Shown here piece by piece: positions 24,763-33,722 of a stretch of DNA of 39,134 nt. The translations under genes and the position numbers were made by a program. Origin of the DNA: Desulfosudaceae bacterium (GTDB lineage Bacteria > Desulfobacterota > Desulfobacteria > Desulfobacterales > Desulfosudaceae); contig JAWOCW010000294.1 of the NCBI GenBank assembly GCA_046483615.1, forward strand, positions 1 through 39,134, written 5' to 3'. A model generated the notes under the pieces. That model made no database searches and was not told where the DNA came from. It saw only the letters and a program-made list of their open reading frames with translations. Each line of letters starts with the position of its first letter. Position 1 is the stretch's first letter.

Positions 24763-26565
24763 TTAAAAAAGATAGATTTTCAGGCAAAAAACCACAATAA
24801 ATATTACCGCCAGTATAGCCCCAAGTCCGGCCGGCAGCAGGCCTGCCGTTATCCTGATTTCTGTATCCTCGATACCGGTCAGGGGCTTCGTCGTCCCGGC
24901 AGTAGTTTTTTCAGAAGCGGATGGACGGGTAAACCCGGCTATAATAAGGGCCGGCAGCTTGTCAAAAAAGCGTCGCGTCAAAGAAGGCAGTCGGTCCGCG
25001 AAAATGGAGTCACCCAACCGGTTCAACCCGTTGAGGACCTTGTCGGCAGACCTGGCCACCACCGCGGCGCCCTTGCGGTAGAACCAGTCCGTGTCCAGGT
25101 TGATGGCCCGTAATTCAGCCGGGTACCGGCCGGAAAGGATCAACAGGCTGAAGGCCAGGGCGCCGAACATTAATAGTTGCAGCTGTCCGACCACATGAGC
25201 GCCGGTGTAGGGGGCGTAGTCCATGGCGTAGGGCAAAAGAGCGTAGAGGAGGTCAAAGCGCACCCCCAGAAAGACGCACAGAAAAGCGGCCACAAACATG
25301 GCCGCCAGCATGTTAAAGGGAGGCTCCTTGGCGCGGATACCGGAGTCGTGGCCGAAAAACATGAAATAAGGCACCTTGATGCCGGCATGGTGAAAAACGC
25401 CGGCCGAGGCGAATTGCAGCACCAGCCAGACTATGGCCATATGGTGGTGAGCGGCGGAACTGATAATCATGGATTTGCTGATAAATCCGCTGAACAGGGG
25501 AAAGGCGGAAATTGACGCCGCCCCGACAACGCAGAAGAGGCAGGTCAGGGGCATGGTTTTGTATAAGCCGCCCAGATCGGTGCACCGGATTTTTCCGGTA
25601 ACATGCAAGACCGCTCCGGCCGACATGAACAGCAGGGCTTTGTAAATGATGTGGCAGAAAGCATGGGCCACGGCGCCGTTGATAGCCAGCTGGGTGCCGA
25701 TGCCGATGCCGCAGATCATGAATCCCACCTGGTTTATCAGGCTGTAGGACAGCACCCGCCGGATATCGTTTTCCAGAACCGCGTAAAAAATGGGAATGGC
25801 CGTCATCAGGACGCCGAGGTAGATAAGCAGTTCCGTCCCCGGAAATATCCTGGCCATTACGTAAACCGCGCTTTTGGTGGTAAAAGCGCTCAGGAAGACC
25901 GCGCCGGTGACGGTCGCTTCCGGATAGGCGTCGCTTAACCAGGAATGCAGGGGAATGATGGCGGCGTTAACCGCCACTCCGATAAAGATCAGAATGCTGG
26001 CCGGACCGGCCAGGGTCATGGTTGAGAAGGCGACTGTCCCGGTCTCGTGCACATACAGAACAATCCCGGCCAGCAGGCACAGACCGCCGAATACATGGAC
26101 CATGATATAGCGGAAGGCGGCCTTCCGGGAAGCCTTGGTGCGACGGGCTAAAATCAGAAAGGTTGAAGCCACCGCCATGATTTCCCAGAAAACATAAAGG
26201 GAGAACAGATCTCCCGCCAGGGTTACTCCCAGGGCGCCGCCGGCATAGGCAAAGCCCGCCACGTGCTGCGTATCGTCTTTGACTTGTATCGCGAAAATTA
26301 CCGAGATCAGGGAAATGAGAATAAAAATAACCGTGAAAATACGGCTCAGCCGGTCCAGGCGCCCCAGCACCAGTTCAAAGTTAAGAAAATCAATCGTCCA
26401 GTGCTGCCCCAGGGGGGTAAAGACCAGCGTAATAAAGGCCAGTCCGGGCAGCAGCAGCATGTAGGCGGATTTGGCCCTGCCCCGGAAGGCCGGTATCAAT
26501 AAACTGCCCAGAATAAAAATCAAGGCCGGCGGCATATGCAGATTTAAAATTTCAAGATGTATCAT
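24763..26565 (-). CDS. Mrp/complex-I antiporter-like subunit (NuoL/MrpA-like: MrpD-type core plus a C-terminal amphipathic helix and terminal TM)
   Basis: ATG at 26565 preceded by GAGGAG. The core resembles the two MrpD genes (LYVFWEIMAVASTFLI, SAGAVLH). The C-terminal extension is NLDTDWFYRKGAAVVARSADKVLNGLNRLGDSIFADRLPSLTRRFFDKL..., followed by the TM segment LLPAGLGAILAVIFIVVFCL. The upstream 64 codons of the track ORF overlap the previous gene and are rejected. Confidence 0.85.
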   Translation of the reverse strand: MIHLEILNLHMPPALIFILGSLLIPAFRGRAKSAYMLLLPGLAFITLVFTPLGQHWTIDFLNFELVLGRLDRLSRIFTVIFILISLISVIFAIQVKDDTQHVAGFAYAGGALGVTLAGDLFSLYVFWEIMAVASTFLILARRTKASRKAAFRYIMVHVFGGLCLLAGIVLYVHETGTVAFSTMTLAGPASILIFIGVAVNAAIIPLHSWLSDAYPEATVTGAVFLSAFTTKSAVYVMARIFPGTELLIYLGVLMTAIPIFYAVLENDIRRVLSYSLINQVGFMICGIGIGTQLAINGAVAHAFCHIIYKALLFMSAGAVLHVTGKIRCTDLGGLYKTMPLTCLFCVVGAASISAFPLFSGFISKSMIISSAAHHHMAIVWLVLQFASAGVFHHAGIKVPYFMFFGHDSGIRAKEPPFNMLAAMFVAAFLCVFLGVRFDLLYALLPYAMDYAPYTGAHVVGQLQLLMFGALAFSLLILSGRYPAELRAINLDTDWFYRKGAAVVARSADKVLNGLNRLGDSIFADRLPSLTRRFFDKLPALIIAGFTRPSASEKTTAGTTKPLTGIEDTEIRITAGLLPAGLGAILAVIFIVVFCLKIYLF

Positions 26566-26857
26566 CGCGCTCCTCACGGCTTTGTCCGCGGGATCGGCCC
26601 CGGGGCGGGGCCTGGCCGTCATAATAGTTTTCGTCTCTTCGCAACCAGTATCGCAGCAGCTTGGCGACGTATATGAGCAGTACGCAGGAAATAAAACCAT
26701 ATGCCGCCAGGAAGTTGGGGTAACCGTCCCAGCCGAAAGACGGGTGTTTGCTGACAAAAAAGTCGAGGATCAGAAGAATGACCAGGCTGATATAAAAACA
26801 GATCAAAAGTATTTTGACATGTCCGGGATTATCGAAAATTTTAAGTTCTTTCTTCAT
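26552..26857 (-). CDS. Small 2-TM membrane protein (101 aa) inside the Mrp-like operon, with an Arg/Asp-rich tail
   Basis: MKKELKIFDNPGHVKILLICFYISLVILLILDFF...FLAAYGFISCVLLIYVAKLL. Its stop overlaps the next gene's start by 14 nt. Confidence 0.6.
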   Translation of the reverse strand: MKKELKIFDNPGHVKILLICFYISLVILLILDFFVSKHPSFGWDGYPNFLAAYGFISCVLLIYVAKLLRYWLRRDENYYDGQAPPRGRSRGQSREERDDTS

Positions 26858-26922
26858 GATTCTTCCGTAATGTTATGGTCTGCCGGCGGTAAAATCGTCA
26901 GGCCGGTTGAATTTTGAAGATT

Positions 26923-27057
26923 TTAACCACCCAATTCCATGATGAATATGAAAGCCAGGTAACCGGCGGCGAGACAGATGACCGCGTATAGGGCCGCGGG
27001 ATAACCCTTGACCGGTTCGTGGCTGAGTTCCATTTTTTCTTTTTCTTCGCTGGACAT
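26923..27057 (-). CDS. 44-aa single-TM ORF inside the Mrp-like operon (not in the ORF track)
   Basis: My own translation gives MSSEEKEKMELSHEPVKGYPAALYAVICLAAGYLAFIFIMELGG*. ATG 27057 lies 6 nt after the stop of the upstream MrpD gene. A GGGAGG sequence lies about 10 nt upstream. Confidence 0.5.
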   Translation of the reverse strand: MSSEEKEKMELSHEPVKGYPAALYAVICLAAGYLAFIFIMELGG

Positions 27058-27063
27058 GATTTT

Positions 27064-28542
27064 TCAGCCTCCCAGTATCCCGCTGACGGCTATCCGGGAC
27101 AGATTTAAAAAGGGTTGCGGGTAGAAAAAAAGTAAAATCGAAATCACGGCGGTCAGCACCGGCGGAGTCAGGGCCCAGCCCGGGGCTTCCGTGATTTTGT
27201 TCTCAAAACCGGACTCGTCCGGCGGGCAGAAAAAAGCCCGGTAGACGATGGGCAAAAAATAAGCGGCATTCAACAGGGAACTGGTCAGAAGCACGGCCAG
27301 CATGGCCGGCTGTCCGGATTCGATGGTGCCGATGGCCAGGTGCCATTTGCTGATAAAGCCGCCGCAGGGCGGCAGGCCGATCACCGAGAGGGCCCCGATG
27401 AAAAAAGCGGCCATGGTAACCGGCATTTGTTTGCCGAGGCCGGTCATTTCGGAAATGTTTTTGATGCCGGTGGTCACCATAATGGCACCGGCGCAGAAAA
27501 AGAGGGTTATTTTGCCAAAGGCGTGCATGGCGATGTGCAGCATGCCGCCGGTCATTCCGGAGGTGGAAAGCAGGGCGGCGCCCAGCACAATGTAAGAGAG
27601 CTGGCCGATGGTGGAAAAGGCCAGTCGCCGCTTGAGATTGTCCTGGGACAGGGCGATCAAAGAAGAAATCAGGATTGTCGCCGCGGCGATCCAGCATAAC
27701 AGGGTATCCAGACCTAAGCCGGCCAGCAGCCCCGGCCCGAAAACATCACTGATAATCCGAAAGACACAGAACACGCCCACCTTGACAACGGCTACCGCGT
27801 GCAGCAGCGCGCTGACCGGCGTCGGCGCCACCATGGCCGCGGGCAGCCAGGCATGCATCGGCATGATACCGGCCTTGGAAAAACCGAACACGAACATCAG
27901 CAAAAGGGGCAAAGCCAGGACCGGCTTCAGGTTTATCCCCGGAAGGCCCCCGTTAACAAAGTCAAGCGTGCCGGTCAGCAGGTAAAGGACCAGCATGGCC
28001 GGCAGGACCAGGCCGATGGAGCCGCCCATGATGTATGAAAGGTATTTCCGGCCGGAACGCCTGGACTCCTGGTCCTGATGATGGGTCACCAGCGGATAGG
28101 TGGTTAAGGAGAGAATTTCGTAAAAAATATACATGGTCAGCAGGTTGGCGGAAAAGGCCACCCCGATGGTGGCGCTCAGCGAGGCCGCGAAAAAGCAGTA
28201 ATAACGGGTCTGGCCGTGTTCCTTCAGGCCCCGCATGTAACCGATGGAATAAGCGGAAGTAACTATCCATAAAAAGGAGGCCACCAGGGCGAAAAGCAAG
28301 CCCAGGGCGTCAACCTGGAGCTTAAAGTCAACCCCGGGCAGGAGCGGGGCAATGGTAAATTCCAGGCGGTTGCCGGCCAGAATCACCGGCAGCATGGAGG
28401 CAATGAGGCCGAATTTGATAAAGGCCGCCGCAAAGGTCCAGCCTTCCCGCAGGTTCGCCGAGCGGGCGGAGATCAGGATGGGGATCACCGCCAGGGAGAT
28501 CAGTACGGCCAGCAGTGGTTTCAGTGACACCAGGCTTATCAT
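27064..28542 (-). CDS. mrpD: Mrp antiporter-like subunit D (NuoM/N family), copy 2
   Basis: 492 aa, about 14 TM segments, with MYIFYEILSLTTYPLV and HAWLPAAM motifs. Its ATG overlaps the stop of copy 1 (TGATG). Confidence 0.9.
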   Translation of the reverse strand: MISLVSLKPLLAVLISLAVIPILISARSANLREGWTFAAAFIKFGLIASMLPVILAGNRLEFTIAPLLPGVDFKLQVDALGLLFALVASFLWIVTSAYSIGYMRGLKEHGQTRYYCFFAASLSATIGVAFSANLLTMYIFYEILSLTTYPLVTHHQDQESRRSGRKYLSYIMGGSIGLVLPAMLVLYLLTGTLDFVNGGLPGINLKPVLALPLLLMFVFGFSKAGIMPMHAWLPAAMVAPTPVSALLHAVAVVKVGVFCVFRIISDVFGPGLLAGLGLDTLLCWIAAATILISSLIALSQDNLKRRLAFSTIGQLSYIVLGAALLSTSGMTGGMLHIAMHAFGKITLFFCAGAIMVTTGIKNISEMTGLGKQMPVTMAAFFIGALSVIGLPPCGGFISKWHLAIGTIESGQPAMLAVLLTSSLLNAAYFLPIVYRAFFCPPDESGFENKITEAPGWALTPPVLTAVISILLFFYPQPFLNLSRIAVSGILGG

Positions 28543-30041
28543 CAGCTCCCCATCATCAAAGAATTCAAGGCGGGTTCAATAATCCGGGTCACCAGCGGGT
28601 GGGCGTAAAAACCCATGGCGATCAACAGGCCGGAGGTGAACAGCATGGCCACGACCATGTCCGGGGCGGCCTCGCGGATAACCGGTCCGTTTTCCTGATG
28701 GTTATGGGGCCGGTCGGCTGAAGTTTCGAAAAAGGCGATCTCAAACACCCGGAAAAACAGGATCACGTTGACCAGGCTGCTGATAAGCAGGGCCGCCGCG
28801 AAGCCGTAGTGGCCGGCTTCAATGCCTCCGGTCAGCAGATACCATTTACTGAAAAAACCGCAGGTCGGCGGCACCCCGATAATGGAAAGACCGGCCACCA
28901 CCAAAGCGGTCATGGTAAAGGGCATTTTTTTAAATAGGCCGCGCAGGTTATGGAGTCTGTCACCGGGAAGCATGGTGGCCATGGCCCCGGCGGCCAGAAA
29001 CAGGCACAAAGTCATCATGGCGTCATTCAAGACGTGCAGCACGGCGCCCGTCATACCCGCCTGATTGCCCAGCCAGAACCCGCCTGTCATGTAGCCCACC
29101 TCCACCACGATGAGGTAGGCCAGCATCCGCTTCAGGCGATCCTGTTTCCAGGCCATGATCGATCCGGCCAGAATGGCCAGCACGGCCAGCCAGACAATCA
29201 GATTTCCCAGGGCCATAAAGTCAAAGGCGAATTCGGGCTGAAAAACCGAAAGAATAATCCGGATCATGACATAGATCATGACCTTGGTGGTAAGCGGGGC
29301 GATCAGGCTGGCGGCGGGGCCGGGAGCGTGGGCGTAAGCATTGGGGAGCCAGGTGTGCAAAGGGAAAAAAGCCATTTTGATAAACAGTCCGATCAGGCAG
29401 AGGACAAAGGAAACCTGGAGCAGGAAGGCCGTTTCGATGGTGGGCAGAATGGCGGCAATATCGGCCATGTTGAGGGAGCCGGTGATAATATAGAGATAGC
29501 CCGCTCCGAACAGGTAAAGGCTCGCCCCGATGGTTCCCATGAAAAGATAATTCAGGCTGGAAATAGCGGCCCGGCCGTTTCCCAGCCCGAGCAGGGCGTA
29601 TCCGGACAGGGAAGCTATTTCCAGCAGAACGTAAAGATTGAATATGTCGCCGGTAATGACTATGCCCATGAGCCCGGTCACAAAGAGCAGGTACAGGGAA
29701 TAAAAGGCCCCCAGCCGGTCACCAAAATCAGTGGCGACCGAAGACCGGGTGGCGATCAGGTTGATCAGGGCCACGGTGGCAATGAGGATCAGGATGATGG
29801 CGTTTAAATGATCAATGTGCCAGGCAATTCCCCAGGGCGGATCCCAGCCCGCCAGTCGGTAGGTAAGAGCGCCCGTCGTCATGACGCGGGACATGACGAA
29901 GATTGAAGACAACCAGGCCGTTACCAGGGCGACCAGAGCGGCGGGAAAGCAGAGGGAAGACCTGGCCCAGCCGACCAGGTTGACCATCAGCGCTGCCAGC
30001 AGCGGAATCACGATAATCAGGGCTGGTGCTTGCAGGTTCAT
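28542..30041 (-). CDS. mrpD: Mrp antiporter-like subunit D (NuoM/N family), copy 1
   Basis: 499 aa with LYVLLEIASLSGYALL and HTWLPNAY motifs. ATGA overlap with mrpC. Confidence 0.9.
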   Translation of the reverse strand: MNLQAPALIIVIPLLAALMVNLVGWARSSLCFPAALVALVTAWLSSIFVMSRVMTTGALTYRLAGWDPPWGIAWHIDHLNAIILILIATVALINLIATRSSVATDFGDRLGAFYSLYLLFVTGLMGIVITGDIFNLYVLLEIASLSGYALLGLGNGRAAISSLNYLFMGTIGASLYLFGAGYLYIITGSLNMADIAAILPTIETAFLLQVSFVLCLIGLFIKMAFFPLHTWLPNAYAHAPGPAASLIAPLTTKVMIYVMIRIILSVFQPEFAFDFMALGNLIVWLAVLAILAGSIMAWKQDRLKRMLAYLIVVEVGYMTGGFWLGNQAGMTGAVLHVLNDAMMTLCLFLAAGAMATMLPGDRLHNLRGLFKKMPFTMTALVVAGLSIIGVPPTCGFFSKWYLLTGGIEAGHYGFAAALLISSLVNVILFFRVFEIAFFETSADRPHNHQENGPVIREAAPDMVVAMLFTSGLLIAMGFYAHPLVTRIIEPALNSLMMGS

Positions 30042-30448
30042 AGCTGGTTCTGTTCGCTGGTTTTCAGTTTTTCGATGATTTCATCCTCTTCCAGGCTGCC
30101 GTGTCCGCGATATATCCTGACGGCCAGGGCCAGGGCCACTCCCAGGGTGGCCACGGACACCACAATGGCGGTCAGCATCAAAACGTGGGGCAGGGGATTC
30201 ATGTAGTCGGCTACCCGGATGGGGTCGTCGTGGCTGCCGTGGCCGTGGGCTATAATCGGGATGGAAGCCCCGTATTTGGTTGAAATTGAGACGTAAAAAA
30301 GAATAATGGCGGTTTGAAAGATGTTCATCCCGATAATTTTTTTAATGAGATTGGTCTTGGCGATCATGGCGTAAAGGCCTATTCCCATTAGAATCACGAC
30401 CCCCCAGTAGTTGTATCCGGACATGAAAATCGTTGAAAGTTCTGTCAT
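30038..30448 (-). CDS. mrpC: Mrp subunit C (NuoK-like)
   Basis: 136 aa, 3 TM segments, with IIGMNIFQTAIILFYV and LTAIVVSVATLGVALAL. Confidence 0.85.
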   Translation of the reverse strand: MTELSTIFMSGYNYWGVVILMGIGLYAMIAKTNLIKKIIGMNIFQTAIILFYVSISTKYGASIPIIAHGHGSHDDPIRVADYMNPLPHVLMLTAIVVSVATLGVALALAVRIYRGHGSLEEDEIIEKLKTSEQNQL

Positions 30449-30473
30449 ATTCCCCCCGTCATGATCTGTCGGG

Positions 30474-31304
30474 TTATAAGCCCTCGTCGTGCCGGCCGGC
30501 TGAAACCAGGTTGTAGTAGATCCATATCATCACCGCCGCGACCGCCGTGCCGACCCCGATTTCAACCACCAGGATGGCGTGAGAGCGGGCCATGACCGGG
30601 TCGACCGGGAACAGCCGGGACAGTATGCCGTAATTCAGAAATTCGGCCCCCAGCAGGAGGCAGATGGCGCCCAGGCCGGCATAGATCAATACGCCGATGG
30701 AAGCAATCCGGGCGCAGGCCTCTTCGGAAATACGTCGGATGGTGGAGCGCAGATCACTGGCGATAGACACCAGAATAATGGTGGCTCCGAAGATAACCCC
30801 GCCCTGAAATCCGCCTCCGGGCGAGTGATGGCCGTGGGCGATGACATACAGGGCAAAAAGTTGCAGGAAGGGGACCACCAGCCGGGCCGCTTTTTGAATC
30901 ACCAGGTCATAGGGAACCCACTGAGAATCAATCCGCACAAATTCCCGGGAATCGAGGGGCTCCTTGCCGCCCTGTTCTATAGTCAGGGTGACGCCGGTGT
31001 CAATGTGGCGGTACAGCTTATATGCCGGGGGGCCGGGTTTGAACCGACGCAGCAGAAAAAAACAGGCCAGACCGGCGGTCAGAATGACCGCGGTTTCAAA
31101 GAGGGTGTCGTAACCACGGTAGTCGGCCAGCACCGCCGTGACCAGGTTGGGAACCGCCGTGTCCTTCAGAGCATTTTCAATATAATAGTCCGAAACATGC
31201 AGGCTGGCCGGGGATTCCGGGTCGCCCCAATCCGGGAAGTCCTTGGTACTGTAAAGCAGTACCAGGCACAGCATGGCCACGGATATCAACGCGTATGCTT
31301 TCAA
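30474..31304 (-). CDS. mrpB: Mrp subunit B-like protein (MbhE/MbhF-type, fused)
   Basis: TTG start at 31304 overlaps the upstream stop (GATTGA) and is preceded by AGGAGAAGCAAGGA. The sequence includes PNLVTAVLADYRGYDTLFETAVILTA, which is typical of MrpB. The first 103 codons of track ORF 30474..31613 overlap the preceding gene and are rejected. Confidence 0.75.
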   Translation of the reverse strand: MKAYALISVAMLCLVLLYSTKDFPDWGDPESPASLHVSDYYIENALKDTAVPNLVTAVLADYRGYDTLFETAVILTAGLACFFLLRRFKPGPPAYKLYRHIDTGVTLTIEQGGKEPLDSREFVRIDSQWVPYDLVIQKAARLVVPFLQLFALYVIAHGHHSPGGGFQGGVIFGATIILVSIASDLRSTIRRISEEACARIASIGVLIYAGLGAICLLLGAEFLNYGILSRLFPVDPVMARSHAILVVEIGVGTAVAAVMIWIYYNLVSAGRHDEGL

Positions 31305-31546
31305 TCCTTGCTTCTCCTGGTGGTTTGAAAAACAGCGGCCACGAAAAAGACCGTGCAGACTCCGGCCCCCACCGAAGCTTCGGTGAAAGCCACGTCCACG
31401 GCGCCCATGACCGCCCAGAGCAGGCACATCATAAAGCTGTACGCCCCGAACAAAACCGAGGCCCCCAGAAGATCCCGAATGGAGATGGCGGCCAGGCCGC
31501 AGATAATGACCAGGGCGAGTATGATTAAATCCAGCTGCCAGATCAT
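31301..31546 (-). CDS. Small MrpA-C-terminal/MbhD-like (DUF4040-type) membrane subunit
   Basis: MIWQLDLIILALVIICGLAAISIRDLLGASVLFGAYSFMMCLLWAVMGAVDVAFTEASVGAG. The ATG at 31546 overlaps the mrpG stop (ATGA). Confidence 0.7.
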   Translation of the reverse strand: MIWQLDLIILALVIICGLAAISIRDLLGASVLFGAYSFMMCLLWAVMGAVDVAFTEASVGAGVCTVFFVAAVFQTTRRSKD

Positions 31547-31869
31547 TTTGTCTCCTCCCGGTCCTTTGTCCAGGGCCATAATCCGCATCGCATGCCGGCA
31601 TCGGCAATGGCATGGGTGGCCGTCGGGCTGGTAATGAAAATAAAGACCACGATGAGCATTATTTTCAAGGCCGTTAAAAGGGCGCTTAAGGTCATGTCCC
31701 CGGCGACATAAACGGCCATGCCGCCAAGCGTCATTAAAAGTCCCATGGTATCAAGTTTGCCGGCCGGATGCAGGCGGGTGTAAAAATCCGGAAAGCGGAG
31801 AATGCCCACCGAGCCGCCGGCAAAAAAAAGCAGGCCGGATATGATCAGCAGCAGGGAGACGATGGTCAT
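31543..31869 (-). CDS. mrpG: Mrp subunit G
   Basis: GSVGILRFPDFYTRLHPAGKLDTMG is the MrpG/MnhG signature region. Confidence 0.9.
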   Translation of the reverse strand: MTIVSLLLIISGLLFFAGGSVGILRFPDFYTRLHPAGKLDTMGLLMTLGGMAVYVAGDMTLSALLTALKIMLIVVFIFITSPTATHAIADAGMRCGLWPWTKDREETK

Positions 31870-31905
31870 GCCTGTCCTCCCGGTAAAGACCGATGAAAAG
31901 CGGTA

Positions 31906-32196
31906 CTATTCATGACCGGATTCCTGATAAAGTCCTTTGCGTTTCTGGAAATAGCGCGAGGTGGCCAGAACCGCGATAAAATTAAGGGTGGCGTAGGCCA
32001 GCGCTATATCAACGAACATCTCCACCTGCTGATGAACCAGTCCGATCAAAACCAGCAGCGCCGTGGTTTTGCTGCCGATGGCATTGACCCCGATAAGGCG
32101 ATCAAGCACGGTGGGGCCGAACACGGCCCGATAAAGCGGCAGCAGCATCAGCAGGCACAGAAAAATACCCGCGTATATCAATATCTGTTCCATCAA
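31906..32196 (-). CDS. mrpF: Mrp subunit F
   Basis: 96 aa, 3 TM segments. YRAVFGPTVLDRLIGVNAIG is typical of MrpF. Confidence 0.85.
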   Translation of the reverse strand: MMEQILIYAGIFLCLLMLLPLYRAVFGPTVLDRLIGVNAIGSKTTALLVLIGLVHQQVEMFVDIALAYATLNFIAVLATSRYFQKRKGLYQESGHE

Positions 32197-32213
32197 TTAC
32201 CTGTTCCAGCAAT

Positions 32214-32825
32214 TCAGGCTGATTCGGGATCGTTTTTTTCAGTATTAAAAATATTTTCCACTTTTTTTTCCATCATGCCGGGCAGCTCCCCGGCTGACTT
32301 GTTGTCAATGGCATGGACCGTGTATTTACCGAGTAAAGAAACGTGAACTGTCACCGTGCCCGGGGTCAGGGTGATTGAGTTGGCAAAGATGAGGATGGCC
32401 ATATCGTCTTTCAGCCGGCTGTGAAAGGTGATCAGCCGGGGTTGGATCATTTCCCTCATGCGGGGATGAAAGGTCAGGTACAGGATGCGGAGATTGGCCA
32501 GAAAAACCTGACCTAACAGCCAGGGAAGATATCGGATAAAGCCGGCCCACATCCCGGGCAGATGCCGGATTTCCAAGGTCGGAAAGAGGGTGTCGGTTGA
32601 AATCAGAGCGACTATGCCGCTGGCTATGAGGCCCAGGGCCAGGTGGAACATGTCGAAGCGACCGGACAGAACCACCCAGGTAACAAAACAGATCAGAAAG
32701 GTAAGTCCCCGGGCGACGGGCCGGAGTCCGGAAGCCCGGGACGATCTGCCGGCAGCGTTTGGAGAATCGTCATCGCCCAAGGTGGAAGGTTTCTGATTTT
32801 TTTCAGTCATCCAGGTATCTTCCAT
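32214..32825 (-). CDS. mrpE: Mrp subunit E, with an extended hydrophilic N-terminus
   Basis: Contains the MrpE motif ANSITLTPGTVTV. Alternative start at ATG 32810. Confidence 0.85.
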   Translation of the reverse strand: MEDTWMTEKNQKPSTLGDDDSPNAAGRSSRASGLRPVARGLTFLICFVTWVVLSGRFDMFHLALGLIASGIVALISTDTLFPTLEIRHLPGMWAGFIRYLPWLLGQVFLANLRILYLTFHPRMREMIQPRLITFHSRLKDDMAILIFANSITLTPGTVTVHVSLLGKYTVHAIDNKSAGELPGMMEKKVENIFNTEKNDPESA

Positions 32826-32868
32826 GCTTATGACCAGTAAAATAAAGTACCTGATTTTGATACCATTA

Positions 32869-32942
32869 TTTTATTACTACCTTTATTACTACCAGTGATA
32901 CGTTCATTTTCGGGAAGGGTAAGAAATTGCTTTTATTACTAT
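32869..32942. repeat. Three copies of the 12-mer TTTATTACTACC in the Mrp operon upstream region (two perfect tandem copies plus one 10/12 copy)
   Basis: Copies at 32869-32880 and 32881-32892 are identical. The copy at 32931-32942 reads TTTATTACTATT. Confidence 0.7.
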
Positions 32943-32993
32943 TAATTTTTTCAAAATTTCCGGCGCCTGTCAATATTTTTCGTTCCCGGCCGG

Positions 32994-33021
32994 TTAATAT
33001 CCGGGTTAAACCGGACATTTC
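32994..33021. repeat. Degenerate copy of the dispersed palindrome (TAATATCCGGG TTAAA CCGGACATTTCA)
   Basis: Same architecture as 10331-10360. It lies between the divergent Mrp operon and the CBS gene. Confidence 0.6.
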
Positions 33022-33223
33022 ATCGTTCCGGCAAAGACCGCGATGAAAACTGTTTTGACATATCCAGCCGCCATGATTTATTATAAATTGCAGTTTTGGC
33101 CGGGATTTGTGAATACCAGCCGGCTGCCAGGTTCAAGAGTAGATTATTTTCAGGGTAGTTCCGGTTTTGGTCGCAAGGGCGGATGGTTTATTTCAGGATT
33201 AATATCTGGCAAAGGTGAGTCTG

Positions 33224-33697
33224 ATGACGTTAAGAGCGAAAGATATAATGGTCAATAATTTTGATACGGTTTATGAAGAAGCCCCGGTGGAAGATGCCAT
33301 TAAAATGATCCTGAACGGCCAGGTCAGGCCGAGCGGTCATAAAACCATCAGCCTGATGGTTCTCGATAAATTTCAGCGATTCGTGGGTATTATTACCATG
33401 TATGATGTTCTTTATCATCTGCGGCCATCGGTTTTGAACTACGGCATCAATGGCGAGGAACTTCCCTGGGAAGGGGAATTGAACAGGTGCTTCAAGGAGC
33501 TCCAGGGCAAGAAAGTCCGCCAGGTCATGAGCGCGCACATTGTCGGCGCCTCGCCGGATGAACATATTATGGTTTTGCTGGACCGGATGATAAAAAACAA
33601 ATACCGTCGTCTCCCGATTCTGGAGAATGAGCGGCCGATAGGCATAGTTTACCTGTCGGAAATTTATCACCACCTGTTCGCTGGCAGGTGGGGGTGA
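33224..33697 (+). CDS. CBS-domain pair protein
   Basis: MTLRAKDIMVNNFDTV... and VRQVMSAHIVGASPDEHIMVLLDRMIKNKYRRLPIL are two CBS motifs. AAGGTGAG lies before ATG 33224. The track ORF starts at GTG 33215. Confidence 0.85.
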   Translation: MTLRAKDIMVNNFDTVYEEAPVEDAIKMILNGQVRPSGHKTISLMVLDKFQRFVGIITMYDVLYHLRPSVLNYGINGEELPWEGELNRCFKELQGKKVRQVMSAHIVGASPDEHIMVLLDRMIKNKYRRLPILENERPIGIVYLSEIYHHLFAGRWG

Positions 33698-33722
33698 AGC
33701 CGGATCGCAGGCTGAAAAAAAG

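Noticed and set aside
26566-26757. N-terminal extensions of track ORFs: 24763..26757, 30474..31613, 35727..37649, 34880..35710, 15380..15790 and 15887..16780
   Set aside because: The extended parts overlap upstream genes or lack protein-like sequence. Internal starts with good RBS and translational-coupling signals were chosen instead (26565, 31304, 35841, 34931, 15578, 15911).
33043-33258. 71-aa + strand ORF in the Mrp/CBS intergenic region
   Set aside because: It overlaps the candidate promoter (TTGACA 33053-33058) and the RBS of the CBS gene. It has no RBS of its own and no protein-like features.
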